A DNA stretch of 64,000 bases from Squalus acanthias (Eukaryota): NCBI GenBank assembly GCA_030390025.1, contig CM059432.1, forward strand, positions 53,508,001-53,572,000, given 5' to 3'. This document shows positions 49,062 through 62,209 of this stretch, piece after piece. The translations under genes were made by a program, and so were the position numbers. Position 1 is the stretch's first letter, and each line of letters starts with the position of its first letter. Below the pieces are notes generated by a model. The model had not been told where the DNA came from and ran no database searches. It saw only the letters and a program-made list of their open reading frames with translations.

Positions 49062-50139
49062 TGTGGGATCGCAAATTAGGCCTGTGAAACGAAACCTATA
49101 CCCCTTAGTCTTTAAATATATATTAACCAAGGCTGTAGGGCAATAATATTAGAAATCATGTCTAAAGGATAGTTAATTCATTTATAGAGAGATATCAATA
49201 CGTACATATAGATGTTTTAGATAGTTGCAAAGCATGATGGACCATTTGGTTCATTATATTAACCCTTTTAAATAATACTGAAAGGAGTGTTGCTACTTGC
49301 AGCCAGTTTGTTGGAGCCATAGCCTAACTTCTAGACATTTTAGAAGGTCATTATCAGTGCTACAGAAGCAGTGTTTATATGTAGTTGGCCTTCTGAAGAG
49401 ATAAGGGAAACTGAACTGTACAGGGAGTCGGCCATTTCTCTCTTGGTTTCGAACACCTTATCTCCCTTTGGAGCGGACCTTGTTTATCATAATAAGCTTC
49501 TCTCGAGAATTAACGAAGTATTGGTTAGATACAACAATATGGGAAAGGAAAGATAAGCGTGGTACGACCTTGTTTAAGAGACAAGATGGAGTCTGGTAGA
49601 CCACGCTCCCAGAGACTAGATGAAGGCCCTATGTATAACAACTATGTGTTATGTTTAATGTCACAGAACATTTCAAGGCGGCTCCCAACATTGAATGACT
49701 GATCATTAACCAATAAGGGAACAATGGTAGTGACGTTGTTTGTATGTGTGCGCCCACTTTTGTAACCTGTGGGCGTTGCCTATTGAAAGGTATATCAATG
49801 CTTGTATGTAGTTTTCCGGGGAGAGTTGGGTTCGAGTCTGAGGAGATCAACCTCTCTCCCTTTGTGCACAAAGCCTTCTGGCTAGTTTCTAATAAACTTT
49901 TACTTTGTCTTCAGTTCCGTCTCCGTCTGGTTTTGCTCCAAATTCGATGTAACAGTAAGGCCCGTTGGTGAGTAATTGGGATGCCGGGAGCAGGGGTGAC
50001 CTCTTAGGACTTTAATTAGTCCCGGTGTCAGAAGTGGGCCCCTGTGTAAAACCCAGAGCAGGGGTGACCTCTTAGGACTTTAATTAGTCCCGGTGTCAGA
50101 AGTGGGCCCCTGTGAATAAGTCCCAATTCTGATCTAACA
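49062..50139 (+). repeat. ERV 3' LTR (1078 bp)
   Basis: TG...CA termini; 68 bp longer than the 5' LTR because of a repeated U5 unit. Confidence 0.97.
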
Positions 50140-50958
50140 GAAGCATGTTACAAATTTGTCACTATTATCTCTTTTACCTTTCCTGGGCCTCTGTTCCACT
50201 ATTGGTGTGGCATATGCATTGCTCTGATTTTCCTGCTGACTATCATGGTGGGAAACTCTGATGCATCCTTACAGATGTGAATCACCCACCCCAAGTCATT
50301 AAATGACCTTGTCCCTGCAATTTGAGATGTTGTCTGCCCTGCTGGTCATGGGTGGAAAGGGGTACTGCCCACCGAACATCGTAGGCAGAGCGGGACCAAA
50401 TGTGAGTCTTCTGTGAAATGTCATCAACTGGCTTCATTTGCAATGTAGTTCAATGCTCATTCCTGCAAAATAGTGAAATATCAACAAATCTAATTCCGCA
50501 CATTCACAAATACTTTGCTCACCAAGATAAATTGCACCCTTACTCTTTGGTCTATGGAAAGAATCAACTGTTTACATGATGATAAATATTCTTATTAAAA
50601 AATCTGTATAATAAGTTTTGTGTCTGTCTGTATGAATGTATGATTGCATAAGTATCACATTTCAAATTGTTCTGTTATAACCACGTAGTATTATCAGTCT
50701 TGTGTTTAGTGGAGACAGAACATATCAGAAAACAGCATTCCATAGCAAATACAATAAGCAACCATTTCATTTCCACACCAAAAACTGAAAATTTAATTCC
50801 ATTGAAATTGTGGTAACCATTTAAGGGTAATAACTGAAGATTTAACCAAGTAATTCAAAGGAACTGTAATGCTTTAAAAATTTACTTTGTAAGTGAACTG
50901 TATTAGTGTCAGCTGTGGCTTAGTTGGTAGCACCCTCACCTCTGAGTCAGAAGATTGT

Positions 50959-51509
50959 CAAAAATGAGAAGTCGCACAACACCAGGTTATAGTCCAACAG
51001 TTTTATTTGAAATCACGAGCTTTCGGAGCACTGCTCCTTCGTCAGGTAAAGTGAGGGAATACAAATCAGCAAAGCATATATAGACAGAGAACAATGTGTT
51101 TCTGACTGCCCTCCATCACACCTCGGCAGAGATACAATCAGTCAGGAAGGCATTACATCAAAGACACAGCAAAATACAGCTAAGACAATGAGGTGGGGTC
51201 ACAGGGGGTCCAACGTGTCAAATGCTGCAGTCTGCAGTTAAGCTTTTTACTTTTTTTTAAAACTGGAAATCACATCTGTGAACAAGACAACGACGACTCG
51301 AGTCTGGATGACTCTACGTCATGTAGCGTGACATGGAACCAAGATCCCGGTTGAGGCCGTCCTCATGGGTGCAAAACTTGGCTATCAGTTTCTGCTCGAT
51401 GATTTTGCGTTGTCGTGTGTCTCGAAGGCCACCTTGGAGAACGCTTACCCGCAGATCCGAGGCTGAATGTCCTTGACTGCTGAAGTGTTCCCCGACTGGG
51501 AACTCCGCA
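50959..51509 (-). mobile_element. Short Penelope-like 3' fragment
   Basis: Highly similar to 18858-19353. Flanked by the 12-bp duplication TCAGAAGATTGT (50947-50958, 51510-51521). Confidence 0.92.
51013..51049 (-). ncRNA. Minimal type I hammerhead ribozyme motif
   Basis: Minus strand reads UUAC-CUGACGA-A-GGAGC(AGU)GCUCC-GAAA-G-CUC-GUGA. Confidence 0.78.
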
Positions 51510-51828
51510 TCAGAAGATTGTGGGTTCAAATCCCACTCCAAGGACTTGAGCACAGATAGCTAGGCTGACACTCCAGTGCTGTGCTGAGGGAATGCTGCAC
51601 TGTCAGAGGTGTCTTCTTTCAGATGAGATGTTAAACTGAGACACTGTCTGCTCTCATGTGAAAGATCCCATGGCATTATTTTGAAGAAGAGCAGGGGAGT
51701 TATCCCCGGTGTCCTGGCCAATATTTCTCCCTCGACCAACATAACAAAAAACAGATTGTCTGGTCATTTTCACATTGCTGTTTGTGGGAGCTTGCTGTCC
51801 GCAAATTGGCTGCTGCGTTTCCTACATT

Positions 51829-52803
51829 AATGACTTGGATGAAGGGACCGAGTGTAATGTAGCCAAGTTTGCGGATGATACAAAGATGGGTGAGAAAGCA
51901 AGTTGTGCAGAGGAATCAAAGAACCTGCAAAGGGATATAGACAGGCTAAGTGAATGGGCAAACATTTGGCAGATGGAGTATAATGTGGGAAAGTGCGAGG
52001 TTATACACTTTGGCAGGAAAAATAAAAAAGCAAATTATTATTTAAATGGAGAGAGATTACAAAATGCTACAGTTCAGAGGGACCTGGAGGTCCTTGTGCA
52101 TGAAACACAAAAAGTTAGCATGCAGGTACAGCAAGTAATCAAAAAGGCAAATGGTATGTTGGCCTTTATTTCAAAGGGGTTGGAGTATACAAGCAGGGAA
52201 GTCCTGCTACAACTGTACAGGGTATTGGTGAGACCACACCTCGAGTACTGCATACAGTTTTGGTCTCCTTATTTAAGGAAGGATATACTTGCATTGGAGG
52301 CAGTTCAGAGACGATTCACTAGGTTAATTCCAGAGATGAGGGGGTTGACTTATGAGGAAAGGTTGAGCAGGCTGGGCCTATACTCATTGGAATTTAGAAG
52401 AATGAGAGGTGATCTTATTGAAACATATAAGATACTGAGGGGGCTCGACAAGGTAGATGCAGAGAGGATGTTTCCCCTCGTGGGGAAATCTAGAACTCGG
52501 GAGCATAGTTTCAGAATAAAGGGTCGCCCTTTTAGAACTGAGATGAGGAGGAATTTCTTCTCTCAGAGGGTCATGAATCTGTGGAATTCTCTGCCCCAGA
52601 GAGCTGTGGAGGCTGGGTCATTAAATACATTTAAGGTGGAGATAGACAGATTTTTGCAAGATAAGGGAGTGAAGGGTTATGGGGAGCGGGTCGGGGAAGT
52701 GGCTTTGAGCCCAAGATCAGCCATGATCTTATTGAATGGCGGAGCAGGCTCGAGGGGCCAAGTGGCCTATTCCTGTTCCTATTTCTTATGTTCTTATGTT
52801 CTT
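51829..52803 (+). mobile_element. CR1 3' fragment with open frame, inserted into the SINE
   Basis: INDLDEG...KFADDTK...WNSLPQ, a (TTCTTATG)n tail, and ATTA at both junctions. Confidence 0.93.
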
Positions 52804-55182
52804 ATTACAACAGTGACTCCACTTCAAAAGTACTTTGTTGGCTGTAAAGCGCTTTGAGACATCCGGTGGTCGTGAAAGGCGCTATATAAATGCAAGTCTT
52901 TCTTTCTTTTAAGTTGGAGGACTTGGAGCTAAATAAGCCTGAAGCTCAATTTATGACCAAGCCCAATCAGAGAACACCTGCTTAGGCCTAAGCAATTCTG
53001 ATTTTTTAAATTTTGCCCATGAACAACTAATCCCTTATTATAAATTCACCATGAATCATTGCAATAACAATATAATATAGTATTTTGCAAGCTGTCATGT
53101 TGTAACATATAATCCCATGAACTGACACGTATAAATTGATATATAACTTTACTTGTGATCACTTGTGTATTAGAAGTAATAAGAAATGCCAATTAGATCT
53201 TATTCTTAATTTAAAATAAAACAACCTTTATTCATTACTTCCTTCCAAATGACATCCTTACATTTAATTGCTTATTTCTACTTTTGACCACACATTTTTA
53301 ACTAATGAGAGTTGGGTTTAGGCATCAATTTAAAATAATTATTGGACTCCAATGAACAGTTTCCCCCTATCAATCACATTGTTGCTCATTCTCTAATGAA
53401 ATACACCCTAGCTCATGCGTTGCACAGAATCATATTACAAAATTAATCAGATAAGGAAAACACAACAATTAATCTTAGGTATACACTAGTTAACTTATGA
53501 TTAATACTTGTGTTATAGGGCATAGCTGCAAAGGGGAGCTAGAGCAAGGAATAACATAGATATCAATCATACAAGCATACACTTTCTGAGCCACTGATAA
53601 TAAAGTATTATATTATCAACAGTTCCAAAATTTGCTTGCCAAGCATTTAATAGTCATCCCTGGACCTTGCAATAAAACTCTTGAGAACGTCAGAAGCAAC
53701 AGACCCAATTTTCATCTATTGGTATAAATAAGGTCTAAATGGTGAGGAACTGCTGCTAATCTCGCTAGATTTGTACACCTAGATATTCCATGCTGTTTTC
53801 GGCAAAATTCAGCGTATAACCGGAGCGAGTAACTTTGTTTCGCAGCCGGCTTTCCACCGCAAAATCGATCCTCCCGAATTTCTTTGCGCTTTTTGCCCCT
53901 TACTGCGGCCTGCCCTCATTTACATATATTATAATGAGGGCCGGTGGTGCTGCAGCTTCAAGATTCCTGCTTCTACACTCTCAAAGCACTCGGGGTAAGT
54001 TAGGCTGAGAATGATAAGGTCAGCTGCTGGCAGGATTAACTGAGGAGTGGTGAGCTGAGGGGTTTGAAGAGTGCAGAGCGTTTCCATTCTGCCTTCATAG
54101 ACCTGGGCATGCTTCTCACTGCCTATGATAGTGTTAGCCCACCGGGAGATCTTCACTCCACCGCCCATCCCACCCCTCACCCATAGTGAGGGCTTCTTAG
54201 GAGCAGATATGACATTCCCTACGGGCATACCTTGTATGCCATTGTCATGGAGTGGACAAGGAGAATCAGGCATTTAAGGAGGATTGGCCTCACCAGGTAT
54301 TACCCCCCCAGCATAGAAAATACAGATAGCACAGATCCTATTTGGACCCAAGTGAGGAGATATGCATGAGAAGTGTGCGCTTCACCAAAAAGGCAAAAGG
54401 GGATCTCTGCCATCTACTGCATGAGAACCTACAGCCATGGTCATTTGTCCAGACCATGCACTCTGTGGCTATGAAGGGGACCAACACACTCAACTTTTAT
54501 GTCACTAGGTGTCAGTCGTGGCTCAGTAGCAGCATTCGTGCCTTTGAGGCAGAAGTTTGTGGGTTCAAGCCCCACTCCAGAGACTTGAGCACAAAATCTA
54601 AGCTGACACTCCGGTGCAGTACTGAGGGAGTGCTGAACTGTTAGAGGTGCCGTATTTTGGATGAGACGTTAAACTAAGGCCCCATCTGGCTTCTCAGGTG
54701 GATGTAAAAGATCCCAAGGCACTATTCAAAAAGCAGGGGAGTGCTCCCCGGTGCCCTGGATAATATTTAGCCCTCAACCAATATCACCAAAACAAATTAT
54801 CTGTTCATTGGCCTCGTTAATAACTCCAAGGCACGTTCAGAGCGGGGAAGGTGGGGGGGGGGTGATATTGGGAATCACTTTCAGCGTGTCTATCTGTGGC
54901 ATTTTTACACAGCAACCTAATTTATTATATTACTTCCAAGTTTGGCATCAAATGAGTGGCAACGGGCATGGTGCAGATCCGCATGATGCGATCTCAACTG
55001 GAGTATTTAAAGGGCCAAGCCAAACATGGAATTTGGAGAAATTAGGGTCTGAATTTTAATTGGGAAGCGGGTTTAGGGAGAGGGGGTGCTTGAAAGTGGT
55101 CAGGAAACCCGGGAGAATGGGTTTCCCGCATGGGTGGGTTGGTGGCGGGTTCTGGTCAAGATTCAGACTTTTATAACACTTT

Positions 55183-55876
55183 GGGCTGGATTTTGAATGA
55201 CCCATGGAGTCAGGTTTGGAGGCGTGTGGGGGGTTAAATTTGCGGGGTCGGGGGTCCCGACCCCATCCCGACTCCATCCCGCCTCCAAGAGGTGGGAGAG
55301 GCCATTAAAGCCCTTAACAAGCCCTAAATTGGCTCTGTAATGCCATTTTGAAACGTTTTAGCTAGTTTAACCCTTTTCCAACGTGAAGTACGCCTGATGT
55401 GAAACACTCCAGTGAAACCTGGCGGGAGCACAAGTGGATAGCTGACTATCAGCTGCAGGTCCACTATTACAACGGAGATGTGATGAACGTAGTAGTAGTA
55501 TGAAAGTCACCTCTGATGCTGCTGCATTGCATGTCTTCAGAGACTGCATGGCCTTTGCTGTGAGAGGACTTGGATGCAAAAAAAAATGTTCTCTCTCTCT
55601 CTCTCTTCTCTCTCCTCTCTCTCTCTCTCTCTTTCCCCCACCCAGGTCCACTCACATCAAGGTCCTCTCTCAGCAACATCCAGGCAGTCAGCAATGATGA
55701 CATCATCAGAGGCGACTGAAACCACTAATTAGTTCATGGGTTCCCACATGCTGGAACTCAATTGCCCAAATAAGTGAAAATTGCATCATTCATCCACATT
55801 AATCTGGAGTCGTGGGGGGAGAACACGAAATGCAGATAACACGACCCCAACACAACCCCAAGACAAAATCCAGCCC
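55183..55876. mobile_element. Harbinger MITE
   Basis: Perfect 13-bp TIR GGGCTGGATTTTG, identical to the left end of the 34330 element; TSD TTT. Confidence 0.88.
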
Positions 55877-56043
55877 TTTAACTTCCCATCCGACCTCAAT
55901 CTACCTGTTTGTTTGGGGTTAAAATTCCTCCCAAGGAATTTGAACATAGAGAGGGAGAAGTTTGATAATGGATTCAGGATGGTCAAGGGCTGAGTCCTGA
56001 TTTAACGATACTGCTGAGTGCAGTGAGGACTCGGAGAGAGATA

Positions 56044-56927
56044 GGCCGGAATATTCTTCGGGGAGGTGGGTTGGGGGTGGCGGGGGGGCGGTGTCCAAGG
56101 CGGGCGGGAAAGCTGGGAGGCCGGGTTTCTTTACCGGCAGGGCCTAATTTGAATGTGAGGCCTCTCAATCTGGCTGGCTGTGGGCGGGTAGGCCTCAGTC
56201 GCGAGGGGTCGGTCCGGGGAAGGGATCGCGGGAGGGGGGTCGGCAATCAGCGGGAGGGGAGGGCGGGAATTGGGAGGGGGGTCGGCAATCAGCGGGGGGC
56301 GGGAATTGGGAGGTGGGGGGAGACAGGATCGGCAGGGGATCGGGGAGGTCGGGGATCGCCAAGCAAGCGGGGATCGCGGGGGCTGGGTCGGCCATCGATC
56401 GGGGGGGGGTGGCGGGTGGAGGATCGGCAGGGGTGGCTGGAGGATCGGGGCCAGCTACCGGAGGATCGTGGCCGGCCTCATCATCATCATTGGGGGGGGG
56501 AGGCCTGGGGGGGCAGAGGAGGCCTGGGAATGCGATCGGAGGCCCGGGGTGTGGGGGTGGTCTCCGATCACAGGGGGTGGGTAAGGTCGGGACCCTGGAT
56601 CCAGGAGGTAGGTATAAAGCCACTTACCTCCTGAATGCAGCAGTCCCCGTCTCGGTTTAACTGCCGGGTTTATCAAATTGTGTGAAACCCGTCCACATGC
56701 AGTTAAATTCAAAATTGAGGAGAAAATAGAGGCTTCCAGCCTCATTACAATATTTAAATTGAGGTACCACCCCCTGGCAGCGGGTTGGTTGCCCGCCCCG
56801 TCCTGCCTCCGGCAAAACCAGAAGTGGGCGGGTTGGAGGCGGGATCAGGTCGGGAATCCCATTTTTAACACTTTAATTATCTCCATACTCCAAACCCACC
56901 TGTTTTTTTTATGGGAAAATTCCGGCC
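56044..56927. mobile_element. GC-rich Harbinger MITE inserted in a Myb exon
   Basis: TIRs GGCCGGAAT(A/T)TTC and TSD ATA; removal restores AVRTRREIVFLSNGRKKP. Confidence 0.88.
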
Positions 56928-59900
56928 ATAGTCTTCCTCAGCAATGGGAGGAAGAAACCTGTTGCTGCAACAAAGAAGGCAAGACTGAGGTGGCCGAGGA
57001 GGTCAGCAGAAGGAGCATCATGCCACGTTCCTGGATTCAGTTCAGGAAGTGCTATAATAATCTAACCAGGTCAGGAAAGGTGCGTACATTTGCACATTCA
57101 CTTAAATCCTATTGTGCACATCACCTCAACCCCTCATTCTGCTTTATCAAGCGTACTCCATCACATCAGTCCTCACACCCACTTACTTTGCAAACACACC
57201 CATCCTTCTCTTTCTATGCACTTCCTCACTTCCCCAGCTAACCATCCACCACTGCCACTCACCCTGATCCTTATGCAATTTGATGCCTCTCCTTTATAGT
57301 CATCCTCATCAAATGCACTACATCCATCAGGTGAACACATGCCATTACAGTCACTCATAGGTCTGTTCTTTCCTTTGTTGCAGAAAACTAGGGAGAGGGA
57401 GCGGACCGAAGGTGGCCTCCACAGATTTCCCAGTTGACAGCTGCAGAGGAGGAGGCGATGGAGATCAGTGGCATTTCGGCATCTGTGACTGTCGGAGATG
57501 GGGAGACGGGGTGCTCCCAGCTACCTGGTGACAGAATTAAATATCAGTGACCCACCTATCATACAACACTCAGTCGTGTTAGCTTGATTTCAGCAGCGAG
57601 TGAAATATGATCATTTTCATAATGATAAGTTGCAACATCCTTTCCTTGCCAGGACTAATTCATATGTGTTCTCTCTGCCAGCAGCAGTTGGTGTATCTCC
57701 GGACGATGATTCCTCAGAGGAGCTGATTCTTTCTGACTCTTGATGCCAACATGTCTGCTGCTTAAAATAGGATGACAGATACCTTAGCCATAGTCTTACA
57801 GCATGTCACTGATCTGCACCAAGCTGCTCTCCAGCAGAATGGTAGGAGTGAAGTACGGCTAGCCCGTGAGAGGGGTGATGGCGAAAGGGGACATGGAAGT
57901 GGGAAGTCCGCTCAAAGCGCTCCCACTGCTCAGCAGTTCGCTCCCCCTGAGCCAGTACCTAATGTGCTGCCTCATCACCTGATGGCTGAGTCTGAACCTG
58001 CACAGGGTGTAGGCCAAAAACATCACAGCAGTCAGGGCTGGGATCTGAGCAGCCTGTCTCTACCTCTGCTGAAGCCGCAGGGGTTGCACAACGTAGGAGT
58101 GGTAGGAAAAGGAAGAGTAAAGCTTTGTAGTTGCATAAGTGTTTAAGTTTCTGTTGTTTAGTACAATCACATAAAATGTATTACTTTTCGCCACTTTCCC
58201 ATATTACCCATTCTTAGTTGCCAGGTGGCAACTCAGCTTTTCAGCTGCCTGTTGATTGAAGTCATGATTTGATGGGGACCAATAGTAGGATGTGCAATGG
58301 GTGGATGGCACAGGACTGCTTTGTGTCAGTAGGATAGAGGGGGCGGGGGACGCGGGGGCGAGAGAGGCCATTGGATGTGATTGTTACGTCGGTTTAGTGG
58401 TAGTGACTAACTCAACCGTACATATAAGGGGTTCCCTGGCATCCCAAGCAGCAATGTGAGCGGCTAGTGTTGCATTGCCGATCGCTTGCTCAATGACACA
58501 TTTGGTTGTCATATGGCTTTCGTTGTATTGCTTCATTGGTTGGATTTCTCACAGGTGTCTTCAGCCAAGTTTGAAGGGAGTATCCTTTGTCTCCTAGCAG
58601 CCACCCCTTAAGTCTGCTTGCAGGTCCAAAGAGGTCGGGGAGGTTGGACTACCGCAGGATGAAAGCATCACGGCAGCTCCCCAGGAATCTGTCATACACC
58701 TGTGTTAACCTTTTCTTGTGGTTGTACACCAGTTGCACATTGATGGAGTGGATTCCCTTGTGGTTTACGAATACTCCTGGCTGATCTGGGGGTGCGCGAA
58801 TTGCCATGTGTGTGCAGTTGATGCACCTGTGGGAAGCCAGCCAGAGACGCAAACCCGAGCACCATCTCATTCTGACTAGTATCATCACAGGCAAAGTAGA
58901 CATAATTGCCGACCCTGGCAAACAGGCCATCAGTGACCTGCCTTATGCATTTATGTGCAGCCAACTTGCAGATCCTGGATATGTCTCCGGTAGTGCCCTG
59001 GAAGGCAAAAAAGTTGAGGGTTTTCACAGCCACTGGTAATGCATGGCTACCAGGTCTAGCAGGGAGCAGGTCTTCTTCTAGGAGGCTGCAGATGTCTGCC
59101 ACCACCTGACGCAGCAACCTCAGCCACCAGAAGCACTGCTGTTCCGAGAGGTCAAGGAAGCTGAGCTTCTGCCTGTACACCCTATTACGCGGGTAGTGCC
59201 TCCTGCAAACTCGACCCCTAAACTGCTCCCTTGTCTACTGCTCCCTTTGCTACTGCGCCCCTCTCTGTTGACCACCTGCAGGCTTCTCCACAGCAGGCTG
59301 TTGCTGCTGCTGATGGTCACCTTGCTCCTCGTCCGAGGTCCAATCTAAGGCAGCCATGGTGCCACCCATCCTGATCTTGAGTCTCCATATTTTGAAAGAG
59401 CACAAATTTACCTCTCAACGCAAGTACTCTCAACAAACCCTTTCCCAGTGGGAGATAAGAAAGCAGCTGTGAGCATTGAGTATTTATTGATGTCCGTATA
59501 CCTGACTTTTAATGAGTCCCATCCAGTCTTCTCGCCTTGGTATCAATGGAGAGTTTTCAGGAAGCCCAGTAAACACATGCATGCACCGTTAAATTTAAAT
59601 GCTGGTTAAAATATTGTTGCAATACACTGATTTAAATATTCAAATCACTAACCCGCATCTCTGCAGGGGGTTACGTGCAGCTAAATGATCCGGAGATAAA
59701 CCCAGATGTCAGTGCATTGGAGCCAGCTTCTGGACGCCCTGACATTTTCAGCAGATTTAACCCCCCACCCGCACCTAAACACAGACATAATGTTAAAACT
59801 CCCCCCATTATCTCAATGCTGCTGTGTGCAAATTGTCTTTTTTTTTATTCGTTCATGGGATGTGGGCGTCGCTGGCAAGGCCAGTATTTATTGCCCATCC

Positions 59901-60014
59901 CTAGTTGCCCTTGAGAAGGTGGACGGTGCTGCATTTCCTACATTGCAACAGTGACTACACTTCAAAAGTATTTCATTGGCTGTAAAGGTCGTAAAAAGTG
60001 CTATATAAATGAAG

Positions 60015-60160
60015 TCTTCCTTCCTTACTTTGTTCCTTCCTTGTTTCCTTGCTTCCTTTTTCCCTTCCCCTCTTCCTCCCTTCCTTCCTTTCTCCCTTCC
60101 TCTCTTCCTCCCTTCCTTCCTTTTTCCCTTCCCCTCTTCCTCCCTTTCTCCCTCCCTCGC
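60015..60160. repeat. Polypyrimidine (CCTT)n-like low-complexity tract
   Basis: About 145 bp almost entirely C/T, at the SINE tail. Confidence 0.9.
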
Positions 60161-62209
60161 TCACACGGAGATCTCCGTAATAGAACACAGGGTGCTGTTA
60201 CGACATATATTCATCAGGTGATTGAGGTACTTTACAGGAGTACTAGGGAATTCATCATTTTTGGCATCACAGTACATCAGCAGCAAGATAGGGTTATCAA
60301 TTTTTAATGGAGTTGGTGGCCTTTCCATGGTCCAGGCTGCAATAATTTGCATCTATGTTGCTTTGCAAGCTCCTACAGAAAGCCCTCTCACTTACTAAAC
60401 AGGAAGGGCTTCCATTTCCTCTATGTACAACTTGTGTGCAACAACATTCAAAGGATCCTACAAGTCAACAAAAGATATGCTGCAAGTTGTCACAATGCAT
60501 TCATATTTTGAAATCTGTCCCTCCTGACCTCTTCAGGAAAGAAAATTATTTGAACAGATCGCTTCTGGGTGACAATGTCTACCTCCTGCTCGAATGGCTA
60601 ATGACCCCTTTAAGAATGGCCCATACAGTGACAGGGCAGAGATACAAATAGGCGCAAGAGTAACAAAAGTTGCCATTGAGAGGATCATTAGCATCTTATA
60701 GAGAAGATTTTGCTGCCAATACATGTTGAAATGGGCTCTGCCTTGCACAACTTCGCCATACAAAAATGCCTCGGACTTGTACATTGCTGGGAGTTGGTCC
60801 TAGATAGGAGGCAGAAGTATATGGATGAGAGCATCATGATGATCTGCATTCGGAGAACTCCTCAGACACTGCTGCAAGGGTCTTGAATAACAAATCACGA
60901 CTTCAGTGCACATTTTATTTTTTTATAATAAAGTCTAAAGCGCACACTAGCCATGTTACTCTTTCCTAACACCATGCTTCCTCTAAATGTACATATTCTA
61001 ATGCTTCACCAAGGTTCAACCTGAGACCTAGTAGTGCAGGAGGTGGTTGGCTAGTCATGTTCTACGAAAAGGTCATGGAACTGAGGTGACCCTCCTCCCA
61101 CAGCAGCTTGCTGCTGGCAGGCAGGGAGCTAATGCTAGCTGCATCCCTTGAGCTTGCTCCTAGCGCACCTGGTGTCACCTCCTACATTCCACTGCTGTGC
61201 TCTGAGGGGGATGCCTAGAGGCCTGGCATGTGAGGCTGTCCTGAGAGATGACAGTATTGGACAAGTGGACTCCAGCTGCGATCAACCACTGGGCTATGGA
61301 TCTGTGTCTCGATTGATCAGCAGGATGGTTGGCCTAATGGCAGCTAGTAGATCCGGAAAGACCTCAGAGAGAGCAGCAAACATCGTGGCTGCCATGGCCT
61401 GGAAGCCAGTAAGCAGGGTGCTCTCTACTGTCTCCCCTATTGCCACCAGAGCTGCAGTCGTTTCTGTGGAGGTGGGAGCCTGCTGCAGAGTCCAATGAAG
61501 CTGCCAAACCCTCCATTGATGTCTTCAACCAAGAAAAAGCTCCCTAATGTTGCCGCAAATGAGAGCTGTTGACTCAAGCATTGCACTTGTCAGTTGTCGT
61601 GCATCCTTGGTAAAATTGACAGCGACCCAGAGTTATGGATATCCAATCAATTTTACACCCTGTGAATTGGTGAACAGAGGGCATAATGGACCCCAGATTA
61701 CTGCAGCATAATGTGTAATATTTAATTCATTACTGAGGTGTTACATTGTTAAATGATCTATTACTAGCTGTTTTAATTTCAGAGAACTATCATTCTGTTT
61801 TGCACTTGAATTGTTAAATTGGAGTTCAAATGGACAAAAAGCAGCATTTTTATGAGGAAATTTCCATGTCATTTTTATAAAATGTAAAGCACCTTTTGAT
61901 ATCTGTCATGAAAGCTCTTTTTGCATTGAACTATACATAGGCGCACTGGTTAATGTCTGCAACAATACCTTGAGTTATTTTTATCAAATAATTAAAAAAA
62001 AAACACAGCATGTACTGATCCTGCAAAAGAAATATTGAAAGGTTGTTGTGGTGGAGATGTCTGCAGGATATGGAAAATAGCGTAATAACCCAAGTACATA
62101 TCCATTGTGTGGTTTGGGATTTGATACACAGATGTGCAAAGCCATATGATACCCAAAGGGTTACTATGTGACTGAAGCTACAGAAACAAACGTGAGTGAT
62201 ATTTTTATA

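Larger units (their letters stand above)
43751..50139 (+). mobile_element. Endogenous retrovirus, internally deleted, with F-protein-type env (lokiretrovirus-like)
   Basis: Paired LTRs, TSD GAAG, PBS, PPT, gag zinc knuckle, protease, integrase C-terminus and env. Confidence 0.93.
50907..52910 (+). mobile_element. DeuSINE (SacSINE1-like) in three pieces
   Basis: A-box-like TGGCTTAGTTGG and B-box GGTTCAAATCCC, body to 51828, and tail at 52804-52910 ending GCGCTATATAAATGCAAG(TCTT)n. Confidence 0.88.
54810..59806. mobile_element. Degenerate two-gene Harbinger block
   Basis: ATT on both flanks. Myb/SANT exons on plus (~56000-57530) and transposase on minus (~58400-59370; GVFVNHKGIHSINVQLVY). The termini match poorly, so the block may be composite. 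Confidence 0.7.
54509..60020 (+). mobile_element. DeuSINE split at ATT (54509-54809 and 59807-60020)
   Basis: tRNA-like head and body match the 50907 copy. The tail resumes at 59807 and contains a small LINE-tail insert at ~59838-59921. Confidence 0.85.
54290..60880 (+). pseudogene. Old Harbinger transposase relic split by SINE and nested elements
   Basis: SEEICMRSVRFTKK...DLCHLL...TLNFY at 54342-54505. Resumes at ~60165 with GDL...QVIEVL, then VQLVC and LLGDNVYLLLEWLMTPLR. Confidence 0.7.

Noticed and set aside
49988..50114. CRISPR-like repeat-spacer-repeat
   Set aside because: Only two units, located inside a eukaryotic LTR, with no cas genes.
54509..54585. Functional tRNA genes (also 13271 and 50907)
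   Set aside because: They are tRNA-derived heads continuous with retroposon bodies; I could not build a complete cloverleaf.
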